A stretch of DNA of 64,000 nt from Eledone cirrhosa. Taxonomy: Eukaryota. The position numbers and the translations under genes are program-made. Each line of letters opens with the position of its first letter. Within the stretch, counting starts at the first letter, position 1. Location: positions 222,146,001 through 222,210,000 of the forward strand of contig OZ024743.1 in the NCBI GenBank assembly GCA_964016885.1. The letters run 5' to 3'. The notes under the pieces are model-generated. The model saw only the letters and a program-made list of their open reading frames with translations, made no database searches and was not told the origin of the DNA. Of the stretch, positions 1 to 12,275 are shown piece by piece.

Positions 1-1720
1 CTCCCAATATCTTATCTTCTTCATTAAGGGAATCATCTTGGTATAGCTTCGTTGGATTGTTTCAATTTTTGCGGGCGCTGTGGGGCAACCATAGCTGATA
101 CCAATAGTGCAATCGGCTGAAGACAAAAATCCGCCAAAAGACCAACATGGTTTCCCGGTCTTTTGTCCTGAAAGTCCTTTCGACACGGGGATTTTGATTC
201 CTCCTTGTTCGGTGTAGATTTGTTGTAGTGGCCCAGTGTTTGCAGTTTGATAACGGAGGACTTGACATTCTCCGGCATTAAATTACACATCGTTGTCCTC
301 ACCCCATTTGTATATGGCATCTAAATCTTATTGCAAGAGGGTAGCATTAGTTGGTTTCTTAATTGCCTGTGCATCTTTTGTGTCATCAGTATAGTTAGTG
401 AAGGATGTTGTCTGTACTACTGAGTGCATATCTGAGTGAGTCACCACAAACAGTAGTGGTCCAAAGACAATTCCCTGGGGCACACAACTTTTTATTGATG
501 TTTCCTTTGAGAGGGCGTTGTTGGCTACAACAAGCTGGCTTCTGTCTTTTAAGAAGTCGTGAAGCCATTCTCCTAATTTTCCAAACATGCTGAATCTGTG
601 TAGTTTGAGAGGTATCATTCCATGATCAACCATGTCAAAGGCATTCGCAAAATCGAGATATATCACATCCACGTTCCAACAGTCTAGCAGCTGTTTCAGT
701 ACCCAGTCATAATGCTGTAAGAGCTGTGTAAGGCAGCTTCTTCCCGGACAAAAGCCATGCAGAGTGTCAGTTAGTAGGCCATTTTCTCTAGGAATGAGAA
801 CAGTTTTCTTCTGACGATTCGTTCCATGCCTTTGTAAGGTCAAGGAGACCGGTCTGAATTTTTTAGCATCTACTCCGCTCTGCTTCTTCCTTTGTGGATA
901 GAGTATATTGTGCCTTCTTTTAGCTTTCCGGGTAGTTTACTACTGCAAGGCACTTTTGAAAGAGGATCTGCAGTGGTTTTGCTAAAGTTCGTTTACATAT
1001 TTTTAGGAGGATTACTGGGAATTCGTCAGGACCAGCAACTGAATTTGGTCTCATTTCATTCATTTCACCTATGGCTATTACATCTTCCTCCTTTATACCT
1101 ATATAGTTGATGGTTGCCATTTCTCCGTGTCAAAGAACTTATTTATTTGCATGTACCACATTGGAGATGTGAAAATACTTTCATATTAAACGTTCAGTAC
1201 CCCTGTTATCCCTTGAGGGTCTGCAGTCAGTAAGCCATTTTTATGGAAATGTGGCTCTATCCTGTAGTGTGCTGAGGCGGTCTCTTTTCTTTTAATTTAA
1301 AAAATGATTTATTGTTTCTTTTTATATTTTCTATAGCATTGGCTTCTCTTTCTGTCCTCTCCTTTTCAGGGGAAAGTCTGATTTCAGTTTCAATTTCAAA
1401 CACAGCCTGCTTCAAATTAGATTCTTTCTTGTTCTTTAGTTGTATATTAAGCCGGTTTGAGATTTTCGTTCTTCATCTCATAGGATTTTTCTGTCTATGG
1501 GATAATATTTTGGGATCTGTTGGACCTTCTTTCCGGGGCAAACTTAAATCATGTTACGAAAACAGTAAAATCATGCAGAATATTGGCGGTTGGATGGATT
1601 CTGAGAACATTCAGAATAAGAAAACATGGTGTCCCATCAGATTTACAGAGTTGGTGTTAGGAATGGCATCCATCCGTAGAAAGCTTGCCAAACAAGGAGT
1701 TGGGAGGATCCTTCAGTTTG
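1..1720 (-). mobile_element. Degenerate CR1/L2-group LINE ORF2 remnant (RT domain)
   Basis: ORFs 328-843 and 920-1120 carry RT motifs AGPDEFP, HGFCPGRSC, YLDFANAFDMVDH, VPQGIVFGPLLF and YTDD. Interrupted by stops and frameshifts; bounds approximate. Confidence 0.85.
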
Positions 1721-1994
1721 TGTCAAAAGACAACTCCTCTGCACCAGATATGACCTACGTAAGCCGGATACAGACCTCCTCGGTCTGACTGGATCTCCAA
1801 GCGTGAACAGCCAAGCACATGGATGTTATTCAACCAACTTGCTCGGAGTCTACCCCTGAGTCTTTTGCCGGTTGGTTTTGCCCGAATCGCTGAATGTTTA
1901 GAAATACTATTTTTATAAAATTGGTGAAAACTCATAATTATTTTCATTTTATATTTACTTTCTACAGATAATTATTGAACCAGCAACCAGTTAA

Positions 1995-3098
1995 ATGTTT
2001 CCCATACACCAAAACAAATCGAAGATATGGCGAGCATTTCACCATGCTATGGAATTGGACAAAATCAATTCAAGCAAAAGGAACATTCCTTTGATCATTG
2101 TTTTAGTTTTCGTTATGACGATAGGTACTATTGGTAATAGTTTAGTCGTCTACATACATCAGTTTAAATTATCTCAAATCCCGTCCACTTTGTTTGTTAT
2201 CTATCTGAGCTACAGTTTGATTATAGGCTGTTTGTTCTGTATACCTGTAGATATTTATTTTCTTTTTTATGCATATAATTTTTCAAACGACATCCTTTGT
2301 CGTACTATGGTCTCTTTCGCTTTTTTGTGCTCCACTATACCAGGATTGATACTATTTGCCATTGCTGTAGATCGCTTTAAGAAAGTATGTCGTCCATTTG
2401 GACCACAGTTTTCACAGCGTGATGTCAGAAGTATAACCTTTTCAACTATTGTAGTGACAACATTGTTTGTTCCTGGTTACTTTTACGTTAGTGGTGTCAA
2501 AGCGATTGCCTTAGACGGCCATAAAATAAATGGATCCCACTGCTCAATTTCTGATAAAACTAATCCATCCTTCACACTCGGTTTTTTCTGTTTCATGTTA
2601 GTAATGTGCGTGGTATTAATGGTATTGTTTATTGTCATCTATGCAATGATATTTCAATATCTGAGACGTTACATTAAAAATAAGAAGTTTATGATAGCTA
2701 TGCAAGCTCTAGACTTTTCAAAAGGTTGTTTGCCATCCTCACATAATGATTATGCTTTAGAATCGCAGCCTAGTCGTCATTCTTTAGCAACAGAAACAGC
2801 AAAAGAAATATGGTATTCTTCTATGTTAAACCAAGCCTCATTCTATATGTTCTTTATAACTGCTTCTTGGTGTCTGAGCTATCTACCCCATTTCACACAA
2901 AAGTTCTTAATTTCAGAATCTACTTTTTTGGGAAGTATAAATACAATTTATAGTGCTGGATTTGCCGACCTCCTCGTGAATTCTATTTATTTGAACGATG
3001 TAATGATTCCAATAATTTACTTAGTTTTCAGCACTAAATTCAGGAATGAACTTGTGAGCCTTTGTAAAGATATATGTTGCCACCATGAAGAAAGATAG
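1995..3098 (+). CDS. Intronless class A (rhodopsin-like) 7TM GPCR, 367 aa, resembling lophotrochozoan-expanded peptide/orphan receptors
   Basis: Seven hydrophobic segments; TM1 GN (GTIGNSLV), TM3 C...AIAVDRF, ECL2 Cys (SHCS), TM5 Y, TM6 SYLP, TM7 IPIIY, helix 8 KFRNE. Pyrimidine-rich acceptor (tttctacag) just upstream of the ATG; AATAAA at 3102-3107. Confidence 0.93.
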   Translation: MFPIHQNKSKIWRAFHHAMELDKINSSKRNIPLIIVLVFVMTIGTIGNSLVVYIHQFKLSQIPSTLFVIYLSYSLIIGCLFCIPVDIYFLFYAYNFSNDILCRTMVSFAFLCSTIPGLILFAIAVDRFKKVCRPFGPQFSQRDVRSITFSTIVVTTLFVPGYFYVSGVKAIALDGHKINGSHCSISDKTNPSFTLGFFCFMLVMCVVLMVLFIVIYAMIFQYLRRYIKNKKFMIAMQALDFSKGCLPSSHNDYALESQPSRHSLATETAKEIWYSSMLNQASFYMFFITASWCLSYLPHFTQKFLISESTFLGSINTIYSAGFADLLVNSIYLNDVMIPIIYLVFSTKFRNELVSLCKDICCHHEER

Positions 3099-3201
3099 AC
3101 GAATAAAAAATAAGTGAATATACTGTTGTTGCTGTTATATATCCCTGGGTCAGTTTCGATTCAGTAAACTTGTGGTAATAAAATCCTATGTACCTTTAGA
3201 T

Positions 3202-4367
3202 CAGAGGTTCTCAAAGTGGACGCTACTGCCACACGGGAGGGCTTTGAGAAGATCCTGGGGGCACTGGGCCTGGGGGGAGGGGGTGTTAGAGATGATATAA
3301 TAGTATATTAAATATCAAATGATACATATTATATATAAATATAGTAAAATAAAAAATATATATTTATTTATACATAGTATATATACTACGTATTATATAT
3401 CAATTAATTATTTTATTTATTAAGTAACAGCCGTACTAAGAGTGAGAAATGAAATTTCGTTTCATTTTTTTCCATTTATCGTTTTCGGCGCGCCCGGCCG
3501 ATTAACTCACTCGATATGCAAATTAGGCTGCTCAGCCGTTAATATGCATAAGGAAAGTTCAACCATCTGGCAGGAAGGTATACGGTGCTGACGATAGCTA
3601 ATAAGCTTAAAACTAGTACATCGTTCCTTTGTCAGTGTTGAACAAAAAGGCAACGATGGTTGCTAAACACTGTACGGCTTAATTCGAGATGTTTGTTTAC
3701 AAACAAACCGAGCATTATAATAAATGCTCGGTAAATCCATACGTACATATATATATATGTGCATGTATGTGTATATATATACATACTACTGTATGTCTGT
3801 ATACATATATGTATGTACGTATACATACTTATATTTAAGTAAGAGCCGTACTAAGAGTGGGAAATGAAATATCGTTTCATTTTTTTCCATTTATCGTTTT
3901 CGGTGCGCCCGGCCGATTAACTCACTCGATATGCAAATTAGGCTGCTCAGCCGTTAATATGCATAAGGAAAGTATATACTTTCAGACGTTCAATCATCTG
4001 GCAGGAAGGTATACGGTGCTGACGATAGCTAATAAGCTTGAAACTAGTACATCGTTCCTTTGTCAGTGTTGAACAAATGAGTAACGATGGTTGCTAGACA
4101 CTGTACGGCTTAATTCTGGATGTTTGTTTACAAACAAACCGAACATTATAATAAATGCTCGGTAAATCCAAACGTACATATATATATATGTGTATATATA
4201 TACATACTACTGTACGTCTGTATACATATATGTATGTACGTATACATACTTATATATATACATACAATACTATAATATTATGAACAATAAATGTAAAGCG
4301 TCACCCACCGCCCCCTTAGGCTCCTGCACACACGCCCAGGAGATAGCACCCAATTTGAGAACCTCTG
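3202..4367. mobile_element. hAT (Charlie-like) non-autonomous element carrying an internal tandem repeat
   Basis: TIRs cagaggttctcaaa / tttgagaacctctg; 8-bp flanks ctttagat / ctatagag resemble a degenerate TSD. Confidence 0.8.
3430..4260. repeat. ~410-bp tandem repeat, two copies
   Basis: agccgtactaagagtg(a/g)gaaat...atgcaaattagg...aactagtac occurs at ~3430 and ~3845; same family as 8695-9460. Confidence 0.85.
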
Positions 4368-4947
4368 CTATAGAGTGTCATATTGTTTCCTGGTATATTC
4401 TGTTTGTTACACTATACAGTCTGTTTTAGTACGCTCGCCTAACAAGGGTAACTGGTAATGCTCGTGAGAGCGCTTGGCTGTTCCAGCCTCACCATCAGCC
4501 GAGGTATCGCTGAGAGCGTGCTGGCTTGCTTCTAAAATTATTAGAGAGGTTTCCCAGTGCTCTTCGTGATATTGTTATCTTTTGCTCTGGTAGCAGTTCG
4601 CTTCTCCACCCCTTTCGCCTGCCTTTTGTTGTATGTAGTCTAAGATTTGTGTATTACCTGCTTGAGTGTTTTTGTTTGTTTGATTTTTCCTTTTTTTTTT
4701 TTTCATTCCTTTTTCTTTCAGTTTTTCTCTTTTCATTTGTAATAGTATGTGTTTAGTTTCTAATGATAACCATACTTAAGGCAAGCAATGTTGACTAAGC
4801 AGAGAATAACATTAACAGTTTCTCTGCACCCATTATTGGCAGAAGACATTTCTTGTTATGTTTTTTGTCTATGTGTTGTTGTTGTTTATATGTTTGGTTT
4901 CAATCATCTTGTCACGATGATGGTGTGATAGTGTTTTGCGGTTTTGT

Positions 4948-5245
4948 CAGGGCCGGCGCTGCCATCTAGGCAAACTATGCAGCCGCCTAAGGCGCTGATT
5001 TCAGGGAGCGCATTTCTCCAAATTAATAACATTTTTGAAAAATAATTAATAAATTTCAGTTTTATTGATGGTCGTTTTTTATCCTGGGTTATTTCATACA
5101 TGGAAAAATAAATGTTGAAAAAATTATTTTTAAGTTATTGTTTATGAATTTTGAAATTGATATTTTCGTTGTGGAGTGGGGGGGGGGGGGGGGGGTGCAG
5201 AATCTAACCTTGCCTATGGTACCAGATAGTCTGGCGCTGGTCCTG
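4948..5245. mobile_element. hAT-type MITE
   Basis: Imperfect TIRs cagggccggcgc / gcgctggtcctg; 8-bp TSD ggttttgt / ggtgttgt. Confidence 0.75.
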
Positions 5246-5261
5246 GGTGTTGTAGATATAT

Positions 5262-5425
5262 AATTGTTTCTACTTTTGGCACAAGACCAGCAATTATCTC
5301 AGTGCATTACTGGTACTTTATTTTATCGACCCCGTAAGGGCACGATTTGAACTCAGAACATAAAGGGCCATAACTCTATACCGCAAAGCACGGTGTCTGA
5401 CGTTCTACCGATTCTTCCAATCCAC
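5262..5425 (-). mobile_element. tRNA-derived SINE, copy of the abundant family in this window
   Basis: Shares aattgtttctacttttggcacaag...actggtactttattttatcgaccccg...gatttgaactcagaa with many other copies. Confidence 0.8.
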
Positions 5426-7007
5426 TTGTAGATATATAATGGTGCTTGGTGGTAGTTGTATATACTGTTACAAGAACAGGGGTGGGGGTGTACAAATATA
5501 GGTGTTTGAGTGCGAGTACGTGTGTGAGTATAAATTTCCTCGAATATTTGTAATGGAGAAACTGGAAGAAAAGGGACATAACTTTTTAAAGGGACATAAC
5601 AAATGGCTACACAAGGGAAATAACAATTTTATTAAAATTCTGGTTTAATAATATTTTATTAAATCTTTTTAAATTCCTGCTTATTCTAAAGATATTTTTA
5701 TTAAATTAAATGAACCACATGCTGTGATAACACAGATCGAAGGAAAATCCCACTCCACTATGTTATGAACAGAAAATAACGCTCATAATCGTATTATAAT
5801 CGAAGATTGAACTGTAGAACGTATTTTGTTTGACTGTGAAAGATAGGTTCTTGATACAAATTGTTTATATTTTAGTATTATTTACTATTGATTCCGAAAT
5901 TTCTTAAGAAAAAATAAATACGGAACATAAAGGGAAATAAAGAGAGGCAAATAAAAATCCTGAAGATTGTAATTTGATCTTTTGCTATCACTGCTCACAC
6001 CACTTCTATTTTTTGTTTATTTGTTGACGAGATTTGCCTTCCAGAACAAGGGTCGTCTTCAACATTTTCTCGGCCTTCTTTGAAAGCTTTGAGCCTCTTC
6101 AAAACCTATTTCCAGATAGAGTGACATCTGCAAAAGCTTGCATTAAAGAATTAAATGTTTTGGCAGCAAATTTGTTACTGCTACTATTGCCATTACTGCT
6201 GATGATGGTACTGGAGAAATATGAAATGAAGTGCCTTGCTCACGGACCTAAGGTTACAGCCAGAGTGGGAGTTGAACCTACAACCTTATGATTGTGTGCC
6301 CAAAACCTTAACCCCTAGGGTCACACACTTTCACTCCTTCTTTAGAAAAGAGTGAGAATATACAGTCAAATGTCTTCCATAGTTTCACCATAGTTACTTT
6401 ACAGATGATATGATTCAGAAGAATAAGGATGGGTCTTGCTGAAAGCAAACAAAGGAAAATTTTTGCAGTTTTTCACAGGTTCATTTCATTATAACAATAC
6501 AGTTGAACCTTGGTTCACAAATTTAATTCATTCCTGAAGTCCGTTGATCATTTGGAATGTTCGTAAATCCAAACTATTCTTCCTACACATAATATTGAGA
6601 GAGAAATACAGTGAGAGAGACTGTGTGTGAAAGACAGATAGATATCACCATAATAACTAACTACATAGCAAGTGATGCTTTCCCACCAATACACGCAGCT
6701 TGCCACCAACTATTGTTGCCAGCTTGTGTATTTGTTACTTGAGATACCATTTGTCACCCGAGACGTTTTATGTTTGGAAAAATTGTTCGTAAACCAATTT
6801 GTTCATGATGAAAGACATTTCACTGCACTATAGATGATTGTTTCATTTATTGGCAACAATATACTATAAATAATAATTGTTTCTAATTTTGGCACAAGGC
6901 CAGCAATTACCCAGTGCATTACTGGTACTTTATTTTATCCAATTTATATACAAGGTCAGTAATTTGGTTGAACCATATAAGTATAAACAGCTCAAAATAT
7001 AAACAGC

Positions 7008-7114
7008 TCAAAAATTAAACTTGATTCCTTGATCAGTTAATTCTGACTTGATCTTCGCATCTATTATCTCACTTTGTTCCACAGTAAACCATTTCTTCCA
7101 GGTGTCCACTTTTC
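7008..7114 (-). CDS. SULT-like coding exon 5 ([35 protein letters not shown])
   Basis: Acceptor ttcatag ending at 7115; TGA at 7010-7008; AATAAA on the minus strand at 6851-6846. Not in the ORF track. Confidence 0.88.
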
Positions 7115-7604
7115 CTATGAAATAATATAGAAACAATTACTAAAATATATAGTATAATGTGTAATTTAAATATTGACATTTCTTATTGTATTATTAAATA
7201 TAGATATGTGAATGTGTTTGTGTGTGTGTCTGCATATGTGTGTGTGTGTGTACATTCATGTGAGATTATGTGTGTGCATACGTGTGTGGTTATGTGTGTG
7301 CATACATGTGTGATTATGTGTGTGCATACGTGTGTGTGTGTGTAAGTGTAAGTGTATGAATGTGTATGTATGTGCATGTGTGTATGTAAATAGTTTTCTA
7401 TTTCAATCATGTTACATTAAAAATATGACTGTTCTCCACTTTGATCTCATTTATTAAGGATGTTCCATATTTCCTTATTAGTTCTTTATTACTGGTTTGG
7501 AACAATAGCATTCCTAAATCCATATACAGGGAGTCCCAAAAAATGTATACACACTTCAACAGCATTCTAATAAATATTGCCTGTACTGCATTGTTTTGGA
7601 CACC

Positions 7605-7655
<51 letters not shown>

Positions 7656-7656
7656 C

Positions 7657-7707
<51 letters not shown>

Positions 7708-7738
7708 CATTTATATATATATATATATATATATTTTC

Positions 7739-7773
<35 letters not shown>

Positions 7774-7803
7774 AAAGTTTATATACATATAAACTAGACA
7801 GAG

Positions 7804-7843
<40 letters not shown>

Positions 7844-8263
7844 AATTCTGATGATGGAATAGATTTCCTAAATCATTTAACACCTTACATTTGTTTCGAT
7901 ACAACAGTAAAAACTTACAAAGCTGAGTTAAGAGGAATTCGAGGTAGTGTGTAGGAGAGAAGACTGTGTTGGTTTGGAGATGTAATGCACATGGACTATG
8001 ATGATTGGGTGAAGAAGTGCCAGGAAATGCCAGTGAAAGGAAGTCACAGTAGAAGTAGACCAAGAAAGTCATGGGCAGAGGTTGTGAGAGTTGACCTCAA
8101 CTCACTGATACTCACAGGTGTGAAGACAAATCGCGACGTGTAGAAAGATGCTGTGTTGAGAAGGACCCGTCCAACTCGTACAAGCATTGAAAGCAGATGT
8201 AAAAACAACGATGATGATAATATATACATTTAGTTATATATATGCATGTGTATATATATATGC

Positions 8264-8315
<52 letters not shown>

Positions 8316-9456
8316 ATATGTATGTATATATATATATGTATCTATATATATAGAGAGAGAGCACTAGAAGTCAATGGAAACCGCGGAGTGGGGAGACCCA
8401 AGAAGACCTGGAATGAGGTGATAAAAGCCGACCTTACCCAGTTACACCTCTCAAAGGCGATGACACACGACCGTGACCTCTGGCGTCACGCAGTAATACA
8501 GAGTCCCAGACTGCCCATGAGTACAAGCTGAAGCATATAGACAATATGCCTCCACACCCTCCCACTGCAAGGTGGTCATGGAGGTGCCACGGCAAAAAAG
8601 CACCCAGCCCACACTGTAAAGTGGACGTGTAGGCGCCACGGAAAATGCACCCAGCACTCACTGTAAATGAGGTTGGTGTTAAGAAGGGCTACTCAGCCGT
8701 TAATATGCATAAGGTAAGTATATACGTTCAACAATCTGACGATAGCTAATAAGCTTGAAACTAGTACAGCGTTCCTTTGTCAGTGTTGAACAAACGAGCA
8801 ACGATGGTTGCTGGACACTACGGCTTAATACAGGTGTTTGTTTACAAACACACTGAGCATTATAATAAATGTTCGGTGAATCCATGCGTACATATATATA
8901 CATATGTGTGCGTGTATGTATATATATATACATACTACTGTACGTCTGTATACATATATGTATGTACGTGTACATACTTATATTTAAGTAAGAGCCGTAC
9001 TAAGAGTGGGAAATAGAATTTTGTTTCATTTTTTCCGTTTATCGTTTTCGGTGCACCTGGCCGATTAACCCACTCGATATGCAAATTGGACTACTCAGCC
9101 GTTAATATGCATAAGGTAAGTATATACGTTCAACAATCTGGTAGGAAGGTATACGTTGCTGACGATAGCTAATAAGCTTGAAACTAGTACAGCGTTCCTT
9201 TGTCAGTGTTGAACAAACGAGCAACGATGATTGCTGGACACTACAGCTTAATACGGGATGTTTGTTTACAAACACACCGAGCATTATAATAAATGTTCGG
9301 TGAATCCATACGTACATATATATATATGTGTGTGCGTGTATGTATATATACATACTACTGTACGTCTGTATACATATATGTATGTACGTGTACATACTTA
9401 TATTTAAGTAAGAGCCGTACTAAGAGTGGGAAATAAAATTTTGTTTCTTTTTTTCC

Positions 9457-9522
<66 letters not shown>

Positions 9523-10819
9523 TTCTTCAGGTTTCACTTGAAGGAGAAAATCAGGGTGGAGAAGGAAGTGCTGCCTTTAAAGCAATTTGTTGAAAGGTGG
9601 GTGAAAGAGGCAAGAATGGCCTGAGTGAATGTGCCTGGTCTGAGTGTGTGTCTGTAGATACAGGGAGGACACCTCTATTGGGGAATTTACTTTTGTTTAT
9701 ATATATATTTTTTTTGTTACATCCTTTGTTTTTGTTTTATACTCATTTTTACACAGAAACCCACATTATACCGTTCTGTACTGTCTTTAATGTATTTTTA
9801 TGTAAACCCTTTGTGGTCAATAAAGAAACCATTATTATTATTATTATTTGGAAGCTCCGTGAGTTTTTGAATTTTAGTTGTTTTCTTAATTTGTACTTGC
9901 TATTTTTTGTTGCAGATTGGAAAGGAACAAAGCATGCATGCTCCGTTGGATGTGTCATAGTAATATACGTGAACGGCAAAACATAAACAAACTAAGAGAG
10001 AAATTAGGAATAAGAGGGATCAGATGCCGTTTACTTGAGAGCAGATTACGCTGGTATGGTCATGTGATGTGCATGAAAGACGACAGCTGTATAAAAAAGT
10101 GCAGGGCGATCAAAATTAATGGAAGTTACAGAGTAGGTAGACCCAGAAAAACCTAGGACAACATGATAAAATGCGACCCTACACACTTACACCTTTCTAA
10201 GACAATGTCACTGGATCGAGACCTTTGGTACTATGCAGTAATACAGAAGACCCGCCTTCCCTACATACAAAGTTAACCTACAGTCAGTAGGCACCTCTTA
10301 ACCAAATATACACCCCAACCCAATACCCCTACTCCACCCTCTCACTCCCACCAACACCACCCTTTCCCTGAACAGTTATGTTGGTACCACTAAACATCCA
10401 GTCCAGACTAAAGAGGTTGTGTAGGTGTCACAACAAAAAAAGCACCCAGTCCATGCTGTAAAGTGGTCGTGTAGGAGACATGGTTAAAAAGGCTCCCAGT
10501 CCATACTGTAAATGTGATTGGTGTTGGGAAGAGCATCCGGCCATAGAAAACCTGCCAGATACAGTCCTATATGAGCGAGACACAGTCACCCGATCAATCT
10601 TGCCTCAAGTGGGACAATTCCCGTCTAACCCATGCTAGCGTGGAAGATAGACATTAAACGATGATGATGATGATGACATATATATATATATACATATTGT
10701 ATATATATATATATATATATGTGGGAGGTGAGTTTTATTGTAGTACAATAAAGCAATGCAGATATCGGATAAGAAGCACTCTACAGTTTGTAGGACTGGA
10801 GTATACATAATATATTTCA

Positions 10820-10887
<68 letters not shown>

Positions 10888-12240
10888 ATATATGTACATG
10901 TATGTATGTATATATAGAGAGAGATATTGATCATTTAATTAGCCACTATGTGTGTGTGTGCTGGTCACTGTGTGTATACTTGTGTGTGTGCATGTGTGCA
11001 ATTATAAAAAAAGAGAGAAAGGAAAGAAGAACCAATACCAGTACTGAACTGGAATTTTTATTTATCAACCTCAAAAGCATGAAAGACAAAGATGACCGTG
11101 GTTGGATTTGAACACAGACTGCAGTGAGCTGGAACAAATACCAAGAATACCCTTTAGCATTTAAACCGGCTGTATCCGGCCAGAATTCTCACAACTTTTT
11201 CTGTTCAAACCAGCTGTAACTGGCTGCTCATACTTATGTTAATGTATTGTTCTCAAAATAAATACTGTCTAAATTTCATAGATTCGATATTATGTGAGGT
11301 AATTATGTAAGATAAAGCCGTTGCTGTAAAAATCTCGTAGTAAATATAGAGTAATGTAAATGCTAAAGGGTTAATCCAAAACTTTAACAACTCTGGCAAT
11401 TCACCACTTTAAGATAAGAAAGAGTTAAATAAAACAATAAAAATATGTACCAGAATGGTAGAAAGTGCCACCTTCTTTAAATGAATCTTCGGGAAGATAG
11501 GAATTAACAACAACTTTTTCAGATTTCATTTTATCAAATGAACTCATATCAACAATGCCTTTAGCAAGTTCATCACTGATTGGTTTGTCCAAGAACTTAG
11601 CAAGACGGGTCACTATTTTGAATAGATCCTGTTAAAGAGAAATTCTAAAATTAAATAATGATTACTTACATATACAAAAGGTAATAAAATTTGAGAAAGG
11701 TATCTTTCAATTAGATTGAATTCTGGAAGGATGATAAAGTCATGATATTGGTGTGAATTGAACCCTAAATCAAAAAGAACTTACGAGGGTTGACTGAAAA
11801 ATTCATAGGCTGATTATGCTAGAGCTGTAAAATCTTGCATGCATTAGTTTCAACTCTTGTTTCTTTCCATGGACTATGGTGAAAAATAAACCCCATTTGT
11901 TTATTCTATGAAAGTACCTTGGTCAGCCTATGAACTTTTCAGTCTTTTAACTTTTCTGCCGATCCTCGTAACTAAAAATCTGCTAGTCATTTTGACTACT
12001 GTTCTACAAAGTCTGATACCTGTCACTTCAAGGTCAATAAATAAAGTAGCAGTCATGCACTGGGATCGATTATTCTTCTATCTCTCTTTATCATTTTTTT
12101 CTCACTCTTTCTTCTTCTCTAGAAAACATAGTTGTGTTCCAATCTGTCGAGGGATGGCCTTCACCAGGATTAAAATACCCAAGCCATGCACTGTCTCTAT
12201 TAGGAGTTAAGAGTTCTTTCTTTTCCTTTTTTGTTACCTT

Positions 12241-12275
<35 letters not shown>

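Noticed and set aside
5990-6175. Mariner transposase-like fragment on the minus strand
   Set aside because: Too short and degenerate to define ends or motifs reliably.
7157-7841. Poly-IY, VC and HT ORFs here and at ~9355, ~10635, ~31586, ~35051, ~61117 and ~63044
   Set aside because: Translations of (TA)n and (CA)n microsatellites.
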